Assembly: GCA_001244265.2 (NCBI GenBank)
Contig: CDLV01000013.1
Coordinates: 186,001-250,000 of the forward strand
Length of the DNA: 64,000 nt
Direction: 5' to 3'
DNA from: Microbotryum violaceum
Taxonomy: Eukaryota
Position 1 is the stretch's first letter. Every line of letters starts with the position of its first letter. The position numbers and the translations under genes are program-made. A model generated the notes under the pieces. That model ran no database searches and was not told the DNA's origin. It worked only from the letters and a program-made list of their open reading frames with translations. Of the stretch, positions 48,501 to 62,752 are shown in pieces.

Positions 48501-50953
48501 ACCTTGAAGTGCCGCACGACTTTGACTCGAATCGTTCGTCATCAGACTCCCTCGCTGCAAGACGCAATTCGGCGTTACCCAGCCTCCCGGACGGGGACGG
48601 GAATGACCCCCCTCAAATGCGCGATCGCGATGGGGACGCGGAACCACGTGGTGGTGAATTGCTCTCAGGTCGTTCGTCCTCGTCAAGTGGATCTGCGCTG
48701 TCGCACGTTTCAGAGTCAAGGGTGCCTCCTCGTCGGATGATTGCGCGAGGCGCCAAGACGACTGTGCGATCCGAGAATGGTGACCAGGGGCCGACTGAAG
48801 CCATGCGCGGGCTGACACTATCCGAGATCATCCGTGACGAACCACCACCACCAGCAAAGTCTCGTGTGCTTCCAACTTCAACTTCGGCTCCGAATGGACT
48901 GTTGACCGCTCCGTCTCCTTCGACGTCGGGAAGCGGCGCACGAGCGAGCAAAAGATGGTCGATGGGCAACGTTGGCTCGAGGCTGCTCAGTCGACCCAGC
49001 ACTAGCAACGTCGATGGCTCAGTTTATTCCTCGCAGTCCACTCCTGAGAGTGCGCTCACTGCCGCAGCAAGCGGTCCCTTGCCGTCGACCTCCACGCCCT
49101 GGATGGCCCCTAGATCAGCTTCCGCGCCCGTTCTGGCCGACAACTCTGACGGAGACTGGCCTCTTCCGCCTCGGCCTTCTATTTCCGAGACGGTGGCTTC
49201 TTCGTCGACGATCGACAACAAGCGTCGCAGCCGGCTGAACACTCTTGAACCGCCTCTCCTGAAGGTGCCTCAGTCTAGCCGAGTGCCGAGCGATGCCCAT
49301 CCGGCGAATGTGAGTCGTTCTACCTGTTCGATGTCCAGCATATCCGCGGAAATGATTCCAACAATAAATTACGTTACAGGCCTCCAGTCCGTTGGACTAT
49401 GTCAAGCTAGCTCGAACCAAAGGCGCTCGTCTGCTCCGGGCTGTCGAGACGAAGAAACGGACCTATCTCGCAGTACTTGGAGGTGATGAGGGCGACCGCA
49501 TAGAGCTCTTCACTGGCTCGCGTGGTATCTCGCTCTCGCTCAACCGCACTTTCGTCCTCCCTGAACGCCCTCGTACGATCGAGTTTCAGCTTCAGGGTGA
49601 TGATTTGGTTGATATCTGTCTGTTCCACCTCCGCATGCTCCCTCTTCACGTCGGTTTGCTCGGTGCAGCTGACACAACGTGTACTCCTGGCAGATCTCAT
49701 CTACTCCGAATCCATCTTCGCTCTTGAGCCGGCGACTGTGCGAGTACGGGAGGTCGGTGTGGGTCGAGGAGAGCGTCGGGCGCGCCGTGAGCGGGAAAGG
49801 CGCATTCGAGATCTGGCAGCATCGGCGTCCGAACCTGTCGAAGGCGCGGACTTGGGCGAGCATCCGCTCGACCCATCGCTCACTCCGCATCCAGCTGAAT
49901 CGGTGTCCCGGCGGACGCCGACACCCGACAGCGGGCGCGACGAACCATCCACAACATCGCCGGACATGCCCCAAGCCGCCAGCTCCGCTGGAAGCTCAAC
50001 CTCTGGCACCCCTTCGGGTATACCTCCGCCTTCGCACCTCCCGCTGGGTCCCAATGGCGACAATTTGGACACCCCATCGTCATTGTCAACGCCCACGATG
50101 GTTGACAGCCCGCACGACCCCGACGACCCTTCGACAATTGGATCTCGCCTCAATGCAAAGTTCATCAACGCGCCTTACACCACGTTCCAGCAGCTGCCGT
50201 TCATACCTCCGGTCCCTTCGTCAATCTTGGCCTCGGCTTGGACCATTCCACCCCTCTACACCGATGTCATTGGAGCAGATGCCGACGCCGATGGCAGTGC
50301 CATGGACGATGCCGATGCCGATGTGGCGATGCCGGAACCTCCCTTCTCGATCCCGACGGCCGTGTACTCAAACAAGGCTTTCAGCACGGGTGCTTCGCGT
50401 ATCGAGCCTCCCCTGCTTTCGCCCATCTCCTTGCTAGGGCCTGCGGCGCACCGCTCGCAAGGCCCACCCGGCTTGTTCTTTGTCACCAAAGGCTCGAACC
50501 TTTCGGGCATTGTCACCGCAGAAGGAAAATCGGGTAGGTTCCCTGCTGGTATCTGTTGGCCGTGACCTTGGTCCACATCAGTGTAGCTGACATGGTCGTT
50601 ACTCCCGCGCAGTGATCAGACGACCTTTGGTTTGGAGCGAAGCGGCGATCAACCCGGATCCCGAACAAGCGAGCTTTGTCGAGCCCAACCGGATCGAGAT
50701 GCTCATCTGCAAGCGAGCCAGAACGGTCGTCATCAACCTCGCCCGCTCGGGGATCCACGCGATCGCCGTCGCAGGACAAGAACGAGATGAAGCTCCTTTT
50801 GGGGAAACGCTCTCGGTCGCTCCTGCGTCGGGTTCGAGCGGGAACAGTTTGAAGGAGATCGCGTGGCTCGGGACGCATGCCTCGAGCCAGCTTTTCTTTG
50901 CCGAGCGAGTCGGGTCCAGTTTTGTTATCAAGTGCTTGTACGCCAGGCATTAA
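45540..50953 (+). CDS. Large CNH (citron homology)-like domain protein with extensive disordered regions
   Basis: LCGAILDDKYLLIG|TTAGLEFLP...IKKTRFKELTVLSERSNILLAIAGRNDHVRVYAL, then DYVKLARTKGAR...TYLAVL...IELFTG...LNRTFVLPERPRTIEFQ. Start uncertain. Confidence 0.65.
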
Positions 50954-51121
50954 TTAGGATATCTCCCGCAGCCGGGCTCGTTCGTTTTGTCTATAGGCCT
51001 ATACAATTTGACTGTACGCCACTTTGCTATGCTAAGCCTCTTATCGCAACGTAAGTTGTGGGGTATAACAAAATTACTGAACTGGCACTCTTCGGATCTT
51101 ACTACTGGATGCTCGTCATCT

Positions 51122-54100
51122 TCACTCGCCCGCCATCTCCCCACCCACGGAACGGCGCTGAAGCATTCGAGCGGGTGGACTTTTTGCACGAGTGAAGAGT
51201 TCGACCGGAGGTGTCTCGATTGCTTCAGCGGTCGAGCTGACCGGGGTGAAGAACTGTCGAGAGACCGATCGTTCGGGCGGTTCAGGTGTTTGACGCGCGG
51301 AAACAGGCTCCTCTTCATGGTCTCCGTCCAGCGATTCGTACACGGATACAAATGAGGCATCGTCAATGTCGGTCGAGCCATCCCCGCTATTGACCCGGTG
51401 GTGGCGAGACTGGAACTCTCGATCGTACAGACCGAACGAGCTTCGACCTTCAAGGTCAAGCGTCTCTTGTGAGTAGCGAGCGGTGTCGTCGCTGTCTGCA
51501 ATTGAACCGTTCTCATTCAACCTGAGGCCCCCAGCGGACTCAGGAGGGTTTGGTTCAGGGGTGGTGGAAGAGCCGTCGCGTGCGTCATGGAAAGAGGCAA
51601 TAGACATGATTGACTCGTTGGCTGCATGATTTTGAAAGCGAGGGCTTCCATTCGTCACGCTTCTGGTGCCCGAGAAGCATCGGTTGTGCTCAGACATGGG
51701 GGACGTGCTGCGCGCGTCCGCGCTGGTAACCGTCGGCGAAGGCGTGAGACTGAAGGGTTTGGGCTGGAAGCGACGAGGCTCGCGATACTTGACACCAGAA
51801 TTGGGCTGCCGAGCGGTTCGGAACGTGTGGAACGAAGCATCGCTTTCGGCTGTTGATACGATCGAAGTGCGACTAGCCTGCACCGGGGTCTCTGGCAGCG
51901 GTCCACCCGGAGGCCGTGGTCTTCCGGCCGACGCTTGCGGAATGTTGATCGTCACCGTCTCGTCCTCACCAAAAGCTTGACCGATCGTAGATGTTGATGC
52001 TCGCCGAGGCTCAAGAAGGTCTACCACGCTTCCAGCGACCAATGTTGAATCGATGGAGATACGATGGTCGTTGGAGTGCTGGCCGATCGACTCGGCGTTC
52101 CTGAGCACGATTTGGAGTCGAGACTGGATCGAGCGTAAGGTTTCTTGAACTGCTGCGCGCATGGCATCCATCTTCTCGGGATCCTCGACGTCATCGATAT
52201 TGAGCGAGGGCTTGCTACACTCAGTGGTAATCTCCTCCTCTGCCGTTGGCGGTAAAGGTGATGTTCCGCCGTCAGATGAGCCCGCTCGACGATTGAGATG
52301 TGCACGCAAAGACTGCGCTGTTTCGGGTCGAGACGAAGCATCGGAGCGACTAGACAAAGCCTCGATCCGTGCGAAGACGGTCTCGACGAGAGGCGATGAG
52401 TCGCTGTCGGTGGCCAAGATCAAGTGCATCTCAGTCATGAGCATTTGTTGCTGCCTCTCGAGATCATCACGTATTGCTTGAACGTTTGAAAGTTCGGACA
52501 GAGCTTGCTCTCGTGCCCGTTCAGTCGCTGACAAACTTGCTTCAAGATCGGCTTGTCGCTTTTTCTCGACCGACAGCGTGCCCGTCAAACGGCGTGCCTC
52601 GCGGCGCTCCTTTTCCAACCGTGTCTTGAGTTCAACAGACTCTTTGGTGAGCTTGTCCGAGAATGACTTGAAAGTGTCGAAAGAGCGCTGCCACTCTTGG
52701 CTTTCTGTCATCAGAGACGCCAGCTGAGGAAGGACTGCAAAGTCAGCTTCCGGGCGCTTTCTTGATCTTTAAAAGGTCTTGCAGTACCTTGTTGTTGAGC
52801 TTGTTGATTTTCGTTTCGAGACTATGAAAATTAATAGAAGGCGAGATTTAGCTGGCTGTGGGAGGGTAGGTTTGCCGACCTTGCCGATATCGTTACTTAC
52901 TCGTCACGCCGATCGACAAACGTCTTCGCGTGCCTGCGCACCACTGCTTGAACGTGCTTCGCCGAGGGATCCAACTCCGCCAGCTTGCGAGGCTTCTTGG
53001 CGTTGAAGAAGCGACCCAGCCCTGTACGCGGCTGTTCGGCCAGAATAGCGTCAAAAGTCTGAATGACGCGTTCCTGATCCCAAGCCCAACTGTCACTCGG
53101 CTTGATCCTCTCCGCATCGCGAACGACCCCTGAGACCTCAACTTGATCGAAAGGTCGGAAACGACCGGCCGGAAACGCTTCGACTAGATCTGAAGGGACT
53201 CCATAGTGTCCTCCCACGTTACCAATGGCTACTTCGAGTCTTTTCCTTGCCTTGTCGCGCAATAGTCCGCTGGTGATCGATCCGGGCTGCGGTCGATCGC
53301 AGTTGACGGTGTTGGAATCTAGATCTACGACCACGACCTCGGGCTGCAAATCGACGAGCGCGATTGAGCGGCATAACGAGGTGACTCCGATCAGCCATGG
53401 TCCTGGATCTTCGAGGTATATTTTGATGTCTCGGGCCGCAACAGCTGGGTAGACGAGTCCACGCCAGCCTCGTAGCTCGAGAACGTGCTGGAAGGTGAAC
53501 GTCGCAAGACTGAGCATAATCGGGTGCGCCGAAACGAACAGCACTCGACCCAAGGGGGAGAGGGCAATCTAGTGGTCGACAATTCAGTTTCACAAAGACA
53601 AATTCTCCGGTAGAATTGGATCGCGTACCTCTGCGATCGTGAGCAAGTTGTCGGCGTGGAGGCACTTGAAAATCGGGAACATGATGAAATTGTGATCGAG
53701 CGACCCCCCTGTCTTCCAATCGAGGGTTCCTGGCATGGTCTAGGCATCGCACAACCGCTGTCATCATCAGTGTTTGCCATAAGCTGTAAGGATAGCCTTG
53801 TGATACCTACAGCAACGAAGTAGGTGTTCTGTGCCGTTGCGGTGGCGACGGAGACTGGCACGCGGATTTGCTCTCCGACCCGAGGAGCTACAAAGTGAAG
53901 AATGCGCTCCATCTGAAGTGAATGAGATGCGATGTCTTGATGGTAGCTGCATACATATAGGTGAAGAATGAGCAATCGATGAACATAGACGAAAGAAAGC
54001 TGAATCGATACTAAGACTAACCGTGCCCAACTGATCCGCAGAATGTCGCTCAAAATGTTCTGTATGGGGGTGCGCAGTCATCAGTTTGCGCACGCAATGG

Positions 54101-56932
54101 AGCTGAGGGGGGACTGAACGCACGTATACCGGCGCATGTGAAATGAGTATAAGACTGAAAGTCAAAAACGTCAGTTGTTTGATCGGAGATAAACACGGAG
54201 GAGTGGCGACCGACCTGTAAGGAAGCCACAACGGTAAGCCCACGGGCAAGTCGGCCAGTGGGGACGCCGTAGCTGCAGAGTCACCCCACTCGCTCTCGGT
54301 TGCTGCGAGGTTGTACAACGACAATTCAGAAACTAGTACTGGAGCATTCACGATGGCTGGACTCGACTCACCAAAGCCGTCCGTCTCAAGATCAAACTCG
54401 GTCGTGTCCGTCTCGTTCCCCGCTCTCGTCCAATCCCGTCCGTCCCTCAGAACTGCCCCCATGGGAGATTTGAGTTGCTTCGCCAACTTAGCACCCAATT
54501 TCTTCCCCGACCTCGCAGCTCTGACCGCTTTATTCACTGCATAGTTCTTGGCTTGAGATCCAGAGTGTAAAGCTACGCGAATCGCATTGGATCGAACTGC
54601 ATCGGCATGCGACCAAACGTTTAAGCACGAAGCATAGAAGGTTGTCTCGCATGAGGAACTGAGCGTGCGAGCCGACAATGACGACTCCCAAGCGGCTGCT
54701 GTCGACCCAGAGAAAGCGGGCACGCTGCTCAATTTGGACGAAGTTTGCACGACGAAAGGGAAGTGGGCGACGGTGGCCGGAGGCTGGGTGGTCGAAGCGA
54801 GAATTTCCACGTCCCGCGTGAATGCGAGCTGAAGACGCAAATGGAACTCCTGAGTCAGCACATTCAGTTCCAGAGGGAGGCTAACATGGTATTTCTGAAC
54901 TACCTTGGTGGCTTTAGCTTGCATCTTGGCGATCTCCTCCTTGGACAATGCTGCAAATTCGGGTTTGGAAGTCGAATCCGCTTGGATGTGCAACCCACCA
55001 CGGCTGGATGATCGACCCGTCGTCGTCCCTGTATTGCAATCCAGACTGTCCAAAGCTGGACTGGACTCGTCATTTGTGGTCATGCATCCGAGGACTTCGG
55101 GTCGCCAGAATCGAGGAACGGCGTTTGGAGAATGATCAGGCGCCGGCGTGCCGGGGTCTGAGAAATCGGTGAAGCTCCAGGTAGCAGGATCTTTCGGCAG
55201 ACCAGCAACGATGTACATTGTAGCGAGCGGCTTGTTGACGAAGGACTTTTCCATCGACTTGCTGGTCTTGGAGAGTGGATTTGCTGATGGTGCAGACGTC
55301 GGCTCCTTGTGCGTGCCACCGCTATTGCCAAGCTCGGTTCTCACGCTCTGACGAGACTCGGAGGGACGTGGAGAGGCCGGGGGTGAGGTCTGGGGTTCTC
55401 CCATGGCTACATGATTCGCCATCATTCGAACGTTGTGATCGCGAATGGCGGCGCTAGTAGTCGAGCTGTCGATCGTTGCACTGCGCGAGTGAGGATAGGA
55501 TCTCGGCGGTTCTGTGTAGCTGATCTGAGCAGGACTGCGGGCCACAACAGACAAAGGCGAATACAAGGTGTTGGAACTTGACTGATCTGAGAGTTGTGGT
55601 GAAGTATTGGCAGTCGCATCGGATTGAACCGCACTCGGTGGGTTTGGATCCTCGGCCATCTCGATCTCCTCGCTGGCGGGATCGTAAGGTTCCTCCTCCT
55701 CCAAGACATCGTGGACGGTCGGACCTTGCGAAAGGGTTGAGCCGAGCCTTTGTCGAATCAAGCTGGAAGGATATTCACTCCCTATCGACGAGTACAAAGT
55801 CGAGCGGTCGGCTGTGTTGTTCGTGGTTGCCGAGAAGATGGAGAGGCGTGCGTTGTCGGGTACGACCCTTCGAGTGGGAGCGTCCGTGGTCAGTGCGAGA
55901 CCCAAACCAGCCAGTCGATCATCTTCGGTGTAGACACTGGTGCGAACTTTGAATATCCCTTTATCGGATCAGTACTCGTCAGACTCGAATCGGGCTAGCT
56001 GAAGACACACCTCCTATCTTCTCGACCCCATTCTTGCTCGAGATCGATGATTGCTGCTCGCCAATACCGAGATCTTCGGACGTTGGAAACTCGATGTCTG
56101 ACGATGTAGCGGGCCCCTGTCGTGTGGATATTGGAGACCTACGACGGAAACTGTCGAACAATTTGAGCGAACCTCGGTCTGAACCCGTTCGACTGGCGGT
56201 CGTGGCGTCGTCGGCTAGACTGCCGCCGATCGATCCGAGAGAGCGTCTCTCCAACGAGCTCGAGCGACGGAGGCGAGGTGAGGATGGCCCGGATCCGTTG
56301 CCATCCTTTTTGGTCCCTTGACGAAGGGACATGAGTGACGATGCGGCTCGCAGAGGGGCGAATCTCGAACTAGTTGCGCCTGCACCGGGCCCCTGAGCCG
56401 AATTCCTTGGCGACGAGATGCTCTTGGCTTTGGACGTGGACTGTGACAGGCTCGAAGTCGACTCGCGCCTCTTGATGACCAAGCCAGCAAGTATACTAGG
56501 ACGACGTCGAGGGGGTTTCCCCTCGTCCCCTGTTGGTCGACCATTGTCAGCCTCGCCCAAGACGGATTCGTCACTCATGCGTTCCCAGTCGTCGTCGCCT
56601 GCGACCGCAAAAGGGTCGTCGGTCGGTTTGATGGTCAAGCTGTTATGCTTGGACGCCGTGGACCACGAGTGGTGTTGCTGGAGAGGAGGGAGCGAGTGAG
56701 GGACCGATGATGCTGCACTCGATGCGCGGCCGTGGCCGACGCTGCTCCGGGTGGGACTGGCAGCCTGGGGAGCCGGATGACTCGGCGCTGCAGACGAGCC
56801 ACGCCCGCTATTCGCTGGAACCGCGCTGCCAGCGACGAGTGCAGCACTAGTGTTCTCATCTCGTTGAGCTCTAGCTCGCAGTGAGGTGCTGCTAGCGAAA
56901 CGCTGGGCAATGGGAGTACCATGCTTCGACAT
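51122..56932 (-). CDS. DENN-domain protein (putative Rab GEF) with C-terminal coiled coil
   Basis: uDENN/cDENN-like segments MYIVAGLPKDP, FWRPEVLG, TFYASCLNVWSHAD, LWLPY|.LILIS, FPIFKCLHADNLLTIAE|IALSPLGRVLFVSAHP..LEDPGPWLIG. Heptad-rich ORF 51122-52711. Start uncertain. Confidence 0.72.
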
Positions 56933-57982
56933 TCTGCGCCGCACCGTGAGTGAATCCCGAGTCGACGTGTCGATCAAGCGCGTGAGTCGCCTGCAAAGTC
57001 AGACACGGCAGTGTTCTGTCGCGGCCTGGCGGTGAGTGGGGAGTGCGCAGAGGTTGTCGGTCACCGTTAAAATGAGTTCGAAGGTACGGCAACGGGCTGA
57101 GACTAATCATGGTGATCAAAGTCGCAAGCATCCCCCCACCCGCGCTCGCTCCGTTTACGCGCTTGGGCCCCTGCGCTTCAGTCGTTGACTGGCTCCTAAT
57201 CGAGAGCCCCTCCCTCGCGGGATAAAGGAGGACTTGGCCAAATCGAGCTCTTCGAGCGCCGCTTGTATCTAAGAGGTACAATTGAACGAGTCTGAGACAG
57301 GCGCTTCTGGCAGCCATCGTCGGTGTTGCAAATAGAACAGCACTCGAGAACATCCCTCCGGCGCGCAGAAGCACGGACCTCCCCGAGTGCATTCGACCAG
57401 CGCTATGCGGCTATTTCGATTTGATTTCGCTTTTCGTTGAGGCGGCGCTGACCCAGAGAGGCGCGATGCCGGCTCAGCGCGAACAAGACCAAACAACGAC
57501 GTCACCGCGCGCGCTCCTTGCGATAGGCGTCCATCACCTTCATTTCTGTCTCTAAACTCGTTCGACTCGCGCAACGCCTTGCACACCCAGCACACAGACC
57601 AAACGCGGATTCCTGTCAAGACTCAAGCTGGCCCCGTCGAGTCCGATCCGGCCACACCTACATTCGTTACAGCCCCACAGAACGCCTGTCCATTCACTCC
57701 GAGTTGCGGTGGCCTTTTCGATCTCGCTAGCTCCTTCCTCGACCTCGCCTTCGCGCCTCAACAGGCCTTCGGACTTGGTGTGGCCCCGCTCCGGTGACAG
57801 ATCAACAATCGAACAACACCACTGGGATCTACAGTGAAAAGAAACACCAACTGTGCTGAAACCCCATCGTGATCCGGTCGTGCCCGACGTGACTGTGGCG
57901 GCAGCTTGTAACCACCCCCGACAGCCCGAGCAACGTTGCACCGACAGGCCCACCAATCCCATACATAGCTCGAGTCTCAGGC

Positions 57983-60900
57983 ATGGCGACCTTGAAGGAG
58001 CGCAACTACATCAGTACCGTCAGTACCCTCCTGATTTACCTCATCGCTCGCATCTGGCTGGGGCCGGGCTCGTGAAGACCAGCCGATGTTGATCGTCGAC
58101 TGCTGTCTTCTGTCCCAATCCTATAGTTCGCAGGTCTCAAAGGCACGGCCATCACAGCAGGATCGTTCCTCGTCGTCGGTTTCACTATGAATGAGGTCCT
58201 CAAGCGGCTGAGAAGGTACCCCGATGAGGACCGCCGACGCGCCAAGGGCGAGAAGGTGCGCGATCGAGGCGTCGAGGCCTACGCGATGGGCTACTTGTAT
58301 CGAGCAAGGTCGTTCGTGCCACACCTCCCAACACCTGACTTCGGAACCAGACCATGGGCTTGGATCTATTCGACCTCGTACAAGCTGCCCGAAAAGTTTT
58401 ACGAGGTCCACTGCGGCGCGGACGCGACGACCTATCTGAGATTTCTGCGCGGCACCTTCTACTGGACCTTATTGCTCACATGTACCATATTTCCCCTCCT
58501 GCTCTCGATCCACTTCATCGAATCCGATGCGACCGTCAGCACCGCTTCAATTGATCGTGCGTCGCTGACCTCGCTCGTGCTCAAACCGAACGGCACGCGC
58601 CTGCTGTGGGTGCACGTCATCTGCATCTGGCTCATGACCTTCTCCTGGTACGCCGTGCTGGGTTGGATCGGTTACGGCACGGTGCGCATCCGTCGCAACA
58701 ACCTTCGTCGACTGTTGCGCGACGAAGCCGACTTCCTCGCTAAGGGCCACACCGGATCCGCCTTTGCAGGATCAGAACCTAGGCCCATGAACCCCGACGA
58801 CGAGCGACCAGTGGGATGGAGGTGGAGGACGATCCTGATGCGCAACATCCCACCAGCTATGCGGTCCGACGAAGCCATTCGTGAATACTTCGAGTCAGCT
58901 CTACGCTACGATGGCGGGCCTTCATCGTCGGACGTCGACAAGTCTGAGGGCAAGGAGGCGGAAGCGATCGAGATGAAGAGCAGCCGCCGTGCATTGCCGC
59001 CGACCACTCCTCGATTCAGCTCCTCGGCGCATCCTCGACTCATCTCCGACATCATCCTTGTGCGCAAGCAGAACGAACTGAACGAGCTCTATGTCAAACT
59101 GCGTGCTGTTCAACACGAACTCGAATCGGCGCATACCGAGCTGGCTCAGAACGTGATGAAGTTCGTCACGGCCAAGGTCAAGGAGCAGAGGAGGCGCGAC
59201 GAAGGTCTGCCCGTCAAAAAGTCGTTTTGGCGTCGCCTGTTCAAGCAAAAAAAAGCGACAGTCGACGAAGATCTGGAAAGTGTGGCCAGGCAGGGCGACC
59301 ACAAGATCATCGATGCGCTGCGCAAGTTCCTTGTGGATCCGGATCAGCCCCTCGACTATGGGGAACCTGGAGCATTCTGGATCGCCCTGAATGCATTGCA
59401 CTCCTCGGATATCACCTTACTGGATCGATTTCAACCCCTGGTCCAGCTAAAGCACTTTTACAACGGACAGAAGGTGCCCTCGATCGACTACCACCTGGCA
59501 AAAATGAATCTGCTCACTCGCCTCATCGAGGAGATTCGAGCCAACCCCGAGCAGATCGAAGTCGCCTCGTCGGCGTTCATCACCTTCGAATCCGCCACGG
59601 ACGCACGACGAGCTCGAAAGGAGCTGAAACCCAGGATGCATGGGCGCCATCGCTTCGGGCAGCAAGCACTGGCGTGCAAGATTGAGATTGCCCCCGAGAA
59701 GCGCGATCTCGATTGGAACAAGCTGGTCAACATCTCCCTGTCGGGCGACATCCTGCGTGGCTTCCTCTTGCAGACCGCGATTTGGGCAGCGACGATCATT
59801 TGGGTCATCCCCGTGTCCTTCGTCGTCGGTCTCTTGTCGCTGAGCTCGATTTCCAAGTACATTCCCAAGCTCGCCAAAGTCTTGGAGGGCAACACCGTGA
59901 CCCAATCCTTATTTCAGAGTTTGTTGCCGACCTCGATCGTGGCATTGCTGGGTATGCTCGTCCCGACGTTGATCGGCATCATCACGAGGAACGGACAAGC
60001 TCTTATCACCACAACCCGTGTGCACTCCGCTGTCCAAGCGAGGTACTGGAAGTGGAGCATGACCAATATTGTGCGTTTCTCACCTCGTGCTCGTGGGCAG
60101 CAATTTTTCGCTTACTAGACTTTTGCTTCACAGATTCTTCTTTTCTGCATCGGACTTACCGCGTTCAACGCTTTCTTGAATGCGTTCAAGCAACCCACGA
60201 GTGTCCTTACTGTTGTCGCTTCGTCCTTCCCGAAAGGTGCGACTTTCTTCGTTTCATGGACGCTCCTGGTTGTTGGAGTGCATCACGGAATCGAAATTGC
60301 TCTCTTTGGTATTCCCTGGATCAACCATGCCTCGTGAGTGGGAATGTGTGGCAACGGGATGCAGGCACAAGTGACTCACCCACTTGGCACCTTTCCGCCT
60401 TCGCAGAATCCGCAAGTACAAGGCACCTCGCAAGCGCGCCTTGGAGAACGAACCTCGCTTCTTCAACTATGCCTATTGGATGCCGAATCATCTGATCGTC
60501 TTCGCGGTGACAGCGATTTTCGCCTGCCTCAATCCTCTCGTTATTGCGTTCAATATGTTCTATCAGCTTTTCGAGATGATTGTGTTCAAGTCTCAGGTTA
60601 GTGATCATCGTTTGAGACGGACTGCTCCCACTCTCGATACTGAGCTGATCGCTGATCCCGTATCACAGGTGTCTCATGTATACTGGAGGCGGTGGTATGA
60701 GAACGGCGGTCGATACATCTACCGTCGTCTTTTCCGCTACTCCCTGGACGTGTTTCTGGTCGCCCAGGCGATCATCATGGCGTTCATGTTCGTCACGAGA
60801 AAGCCAAAGTACGGCGGTGCGGTCATCCCTCTGTTACCCGTCACGGTCATCGTCAAACTCATCGGAACGAGATGGTTCGATGCCCTACTGGACGAAATTG

Positions 60901-62577
60901 ACGAGGCCGAGATTGATATTGTGTGCTGCGATGATGCTCAGATCATCGAGGATCTTTCCGTGCCTTTGACCGACTTTGACCACAACATGCATAATCTGTC
61001 GCTTGGCGAGGCGTACGGAACGATCAAGGCTTTTACTACGAGGTCAGAAACACGATGAGCTTTTATCTTCATTTTTTGACACAATGCTGACATTCGCGCA
61101 CTTTGATTCGCGTAGTACTCTGCCCGCTCTCGCTCTCCGCCCACACGAGAAGCTTCCCGTTATCCCGTCGCCGGCCAAGAGTGCCGAGCACCTTCGCAGT
61201 CGCGCTGGATCTACTAGTACTGCACAGAGCCCCACTGCAGGTCACACAAACCATCGCCACCACCATTTGAGGCCCTCTTTGGACGACGATGTGCCGTTGA
61301 CACAGGTCGAGATGCTGCGGACGCCGACGCCGACGACCGCCGATCTCACGGTCACGGATGTATTCGGCCCCAAATCGAGCCCGCCTTCAGCTCGCGATAC
61401 GTTCGATCTGAAACGATTCGCGCAAGGCGATCATGGATCAAGGGCGCCGAGGCCTGAGTTTGTTGACGGCACGAAGTTGATCGCGCTCCATCCTCCACTC
61501 ATGCGCGATGATCGACCGGTTACCAATGTCCGGTACGACAACCCCGCTCAGGTCGCGCCTTTGGATCGAAGCCTATGGCTACCATCGAATCCGCTCATCC
61601 CAGTTGACCTCGGGGATACGATCGATTACTACGGTCGCGCCTTGGTTTCAAGCGAAGGCGGAGATGGACTGATTGGGAGGTGGGATGATGACGAACATCT
61701 GAGCGATGAGACTGCAATCGTTGCGGCCGATGGTCAAGCCGTGACCACTCCTGGTGGTGAAGGCAATGGATTCCTGTCTGTGCTTAAGCGTTCGTCCAGT
61801 CGAACCTCGGGTAGCACCAAGAGCCGACCCGTGCTCAGCGGTAACGAGCGTATTCGAGTTGCTAGCGATGTGGCGCTTCGCATCCAGGCAGAGGAGACTT
61901 CGATCTCAGTCGTTTCTAGCGAGCGTCCGCGCAACTCGAGTATTGGGTCAGCTTCGGGTTCGATGATGCCTTCCATGCATCGAAATTCGGTTTCGGAAGC
62001 CAATCAGATTCAAATCGTAACTAGTCCGTCGCCGGTTGGGACCTCACCGACAGAGGAGTTCGGTCAAGGCTCTCCTGGACCTCGTCAAGGATCGTCGCCG
62101 TCGATGCTTCACTCGCCTGCCAGCAATCTTTCATCAGCTAGTCCCGCAACACCGTTGCAAGACGACGCTCAAGTCCAAGAGGACGGCACCCATCTGACTG
62201 TGACACCTCGTCGGCCGAATAAGCTGAACCTCGGTGACTCGGCACCGTTCCGAGTTCGAGACCGCTCCAACTCGGGTCACTCTGGACCTCGAACGCCTAG
62301 ATATGCCTCTAGAACTCGCAACGCGCGCTCACCCTCCGTCGCACCATCAGGCATCTCGATCGCTGAAGAGGTAGAAGGCCACAGCGGCGTGGTCGTCATT
62401 TCCCAATCGATCGCCTTGATCGAGGAGGTATTGGAGGAAGAACGTAAGGAACACGAAGAGAGGAAGGAGAAGGAGCAAAAAAGGCATGCGCAGGAATCGC
62501 AGGATCGTAAATTGGGTTGGTTCTCAAAGCTGTTGCTCAAGTATGGTGAGGATGAGGATGAAGCTAAATCGACTTAG
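57983..62577 (+). CDS. OSCA/TMEM63 (CSC1/RSN1/PHM7, DUF221) stress-gated cation channel
   Basis: GADATTYLRFLRG, LLWVHVICIW, RTILMRNIP...IREYF, SSAFITFES, APEKRDLDWNKL, LLPTSIVALL, FPKGATFFVSW, LNPLVIAF and YENGGR, with a long disordered C-tail. Confidence 0.9.
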
Positions 62578-62752
62578 CGGGGCGATAATGGGTCCCGGGC
62601 GTGGGTGTCCGTTTTTATTTTCTATTTTTAATCTTGTTACTTTGTTAGGTTTGTTTTCAAGATTGCTCGTTTCATCCATGTGGTTACCGTAGAGACAGTG
62701 GAACCAACATCATCGCTCTTTGAAGGCTACGCAACAACGCATAACGACTCTG

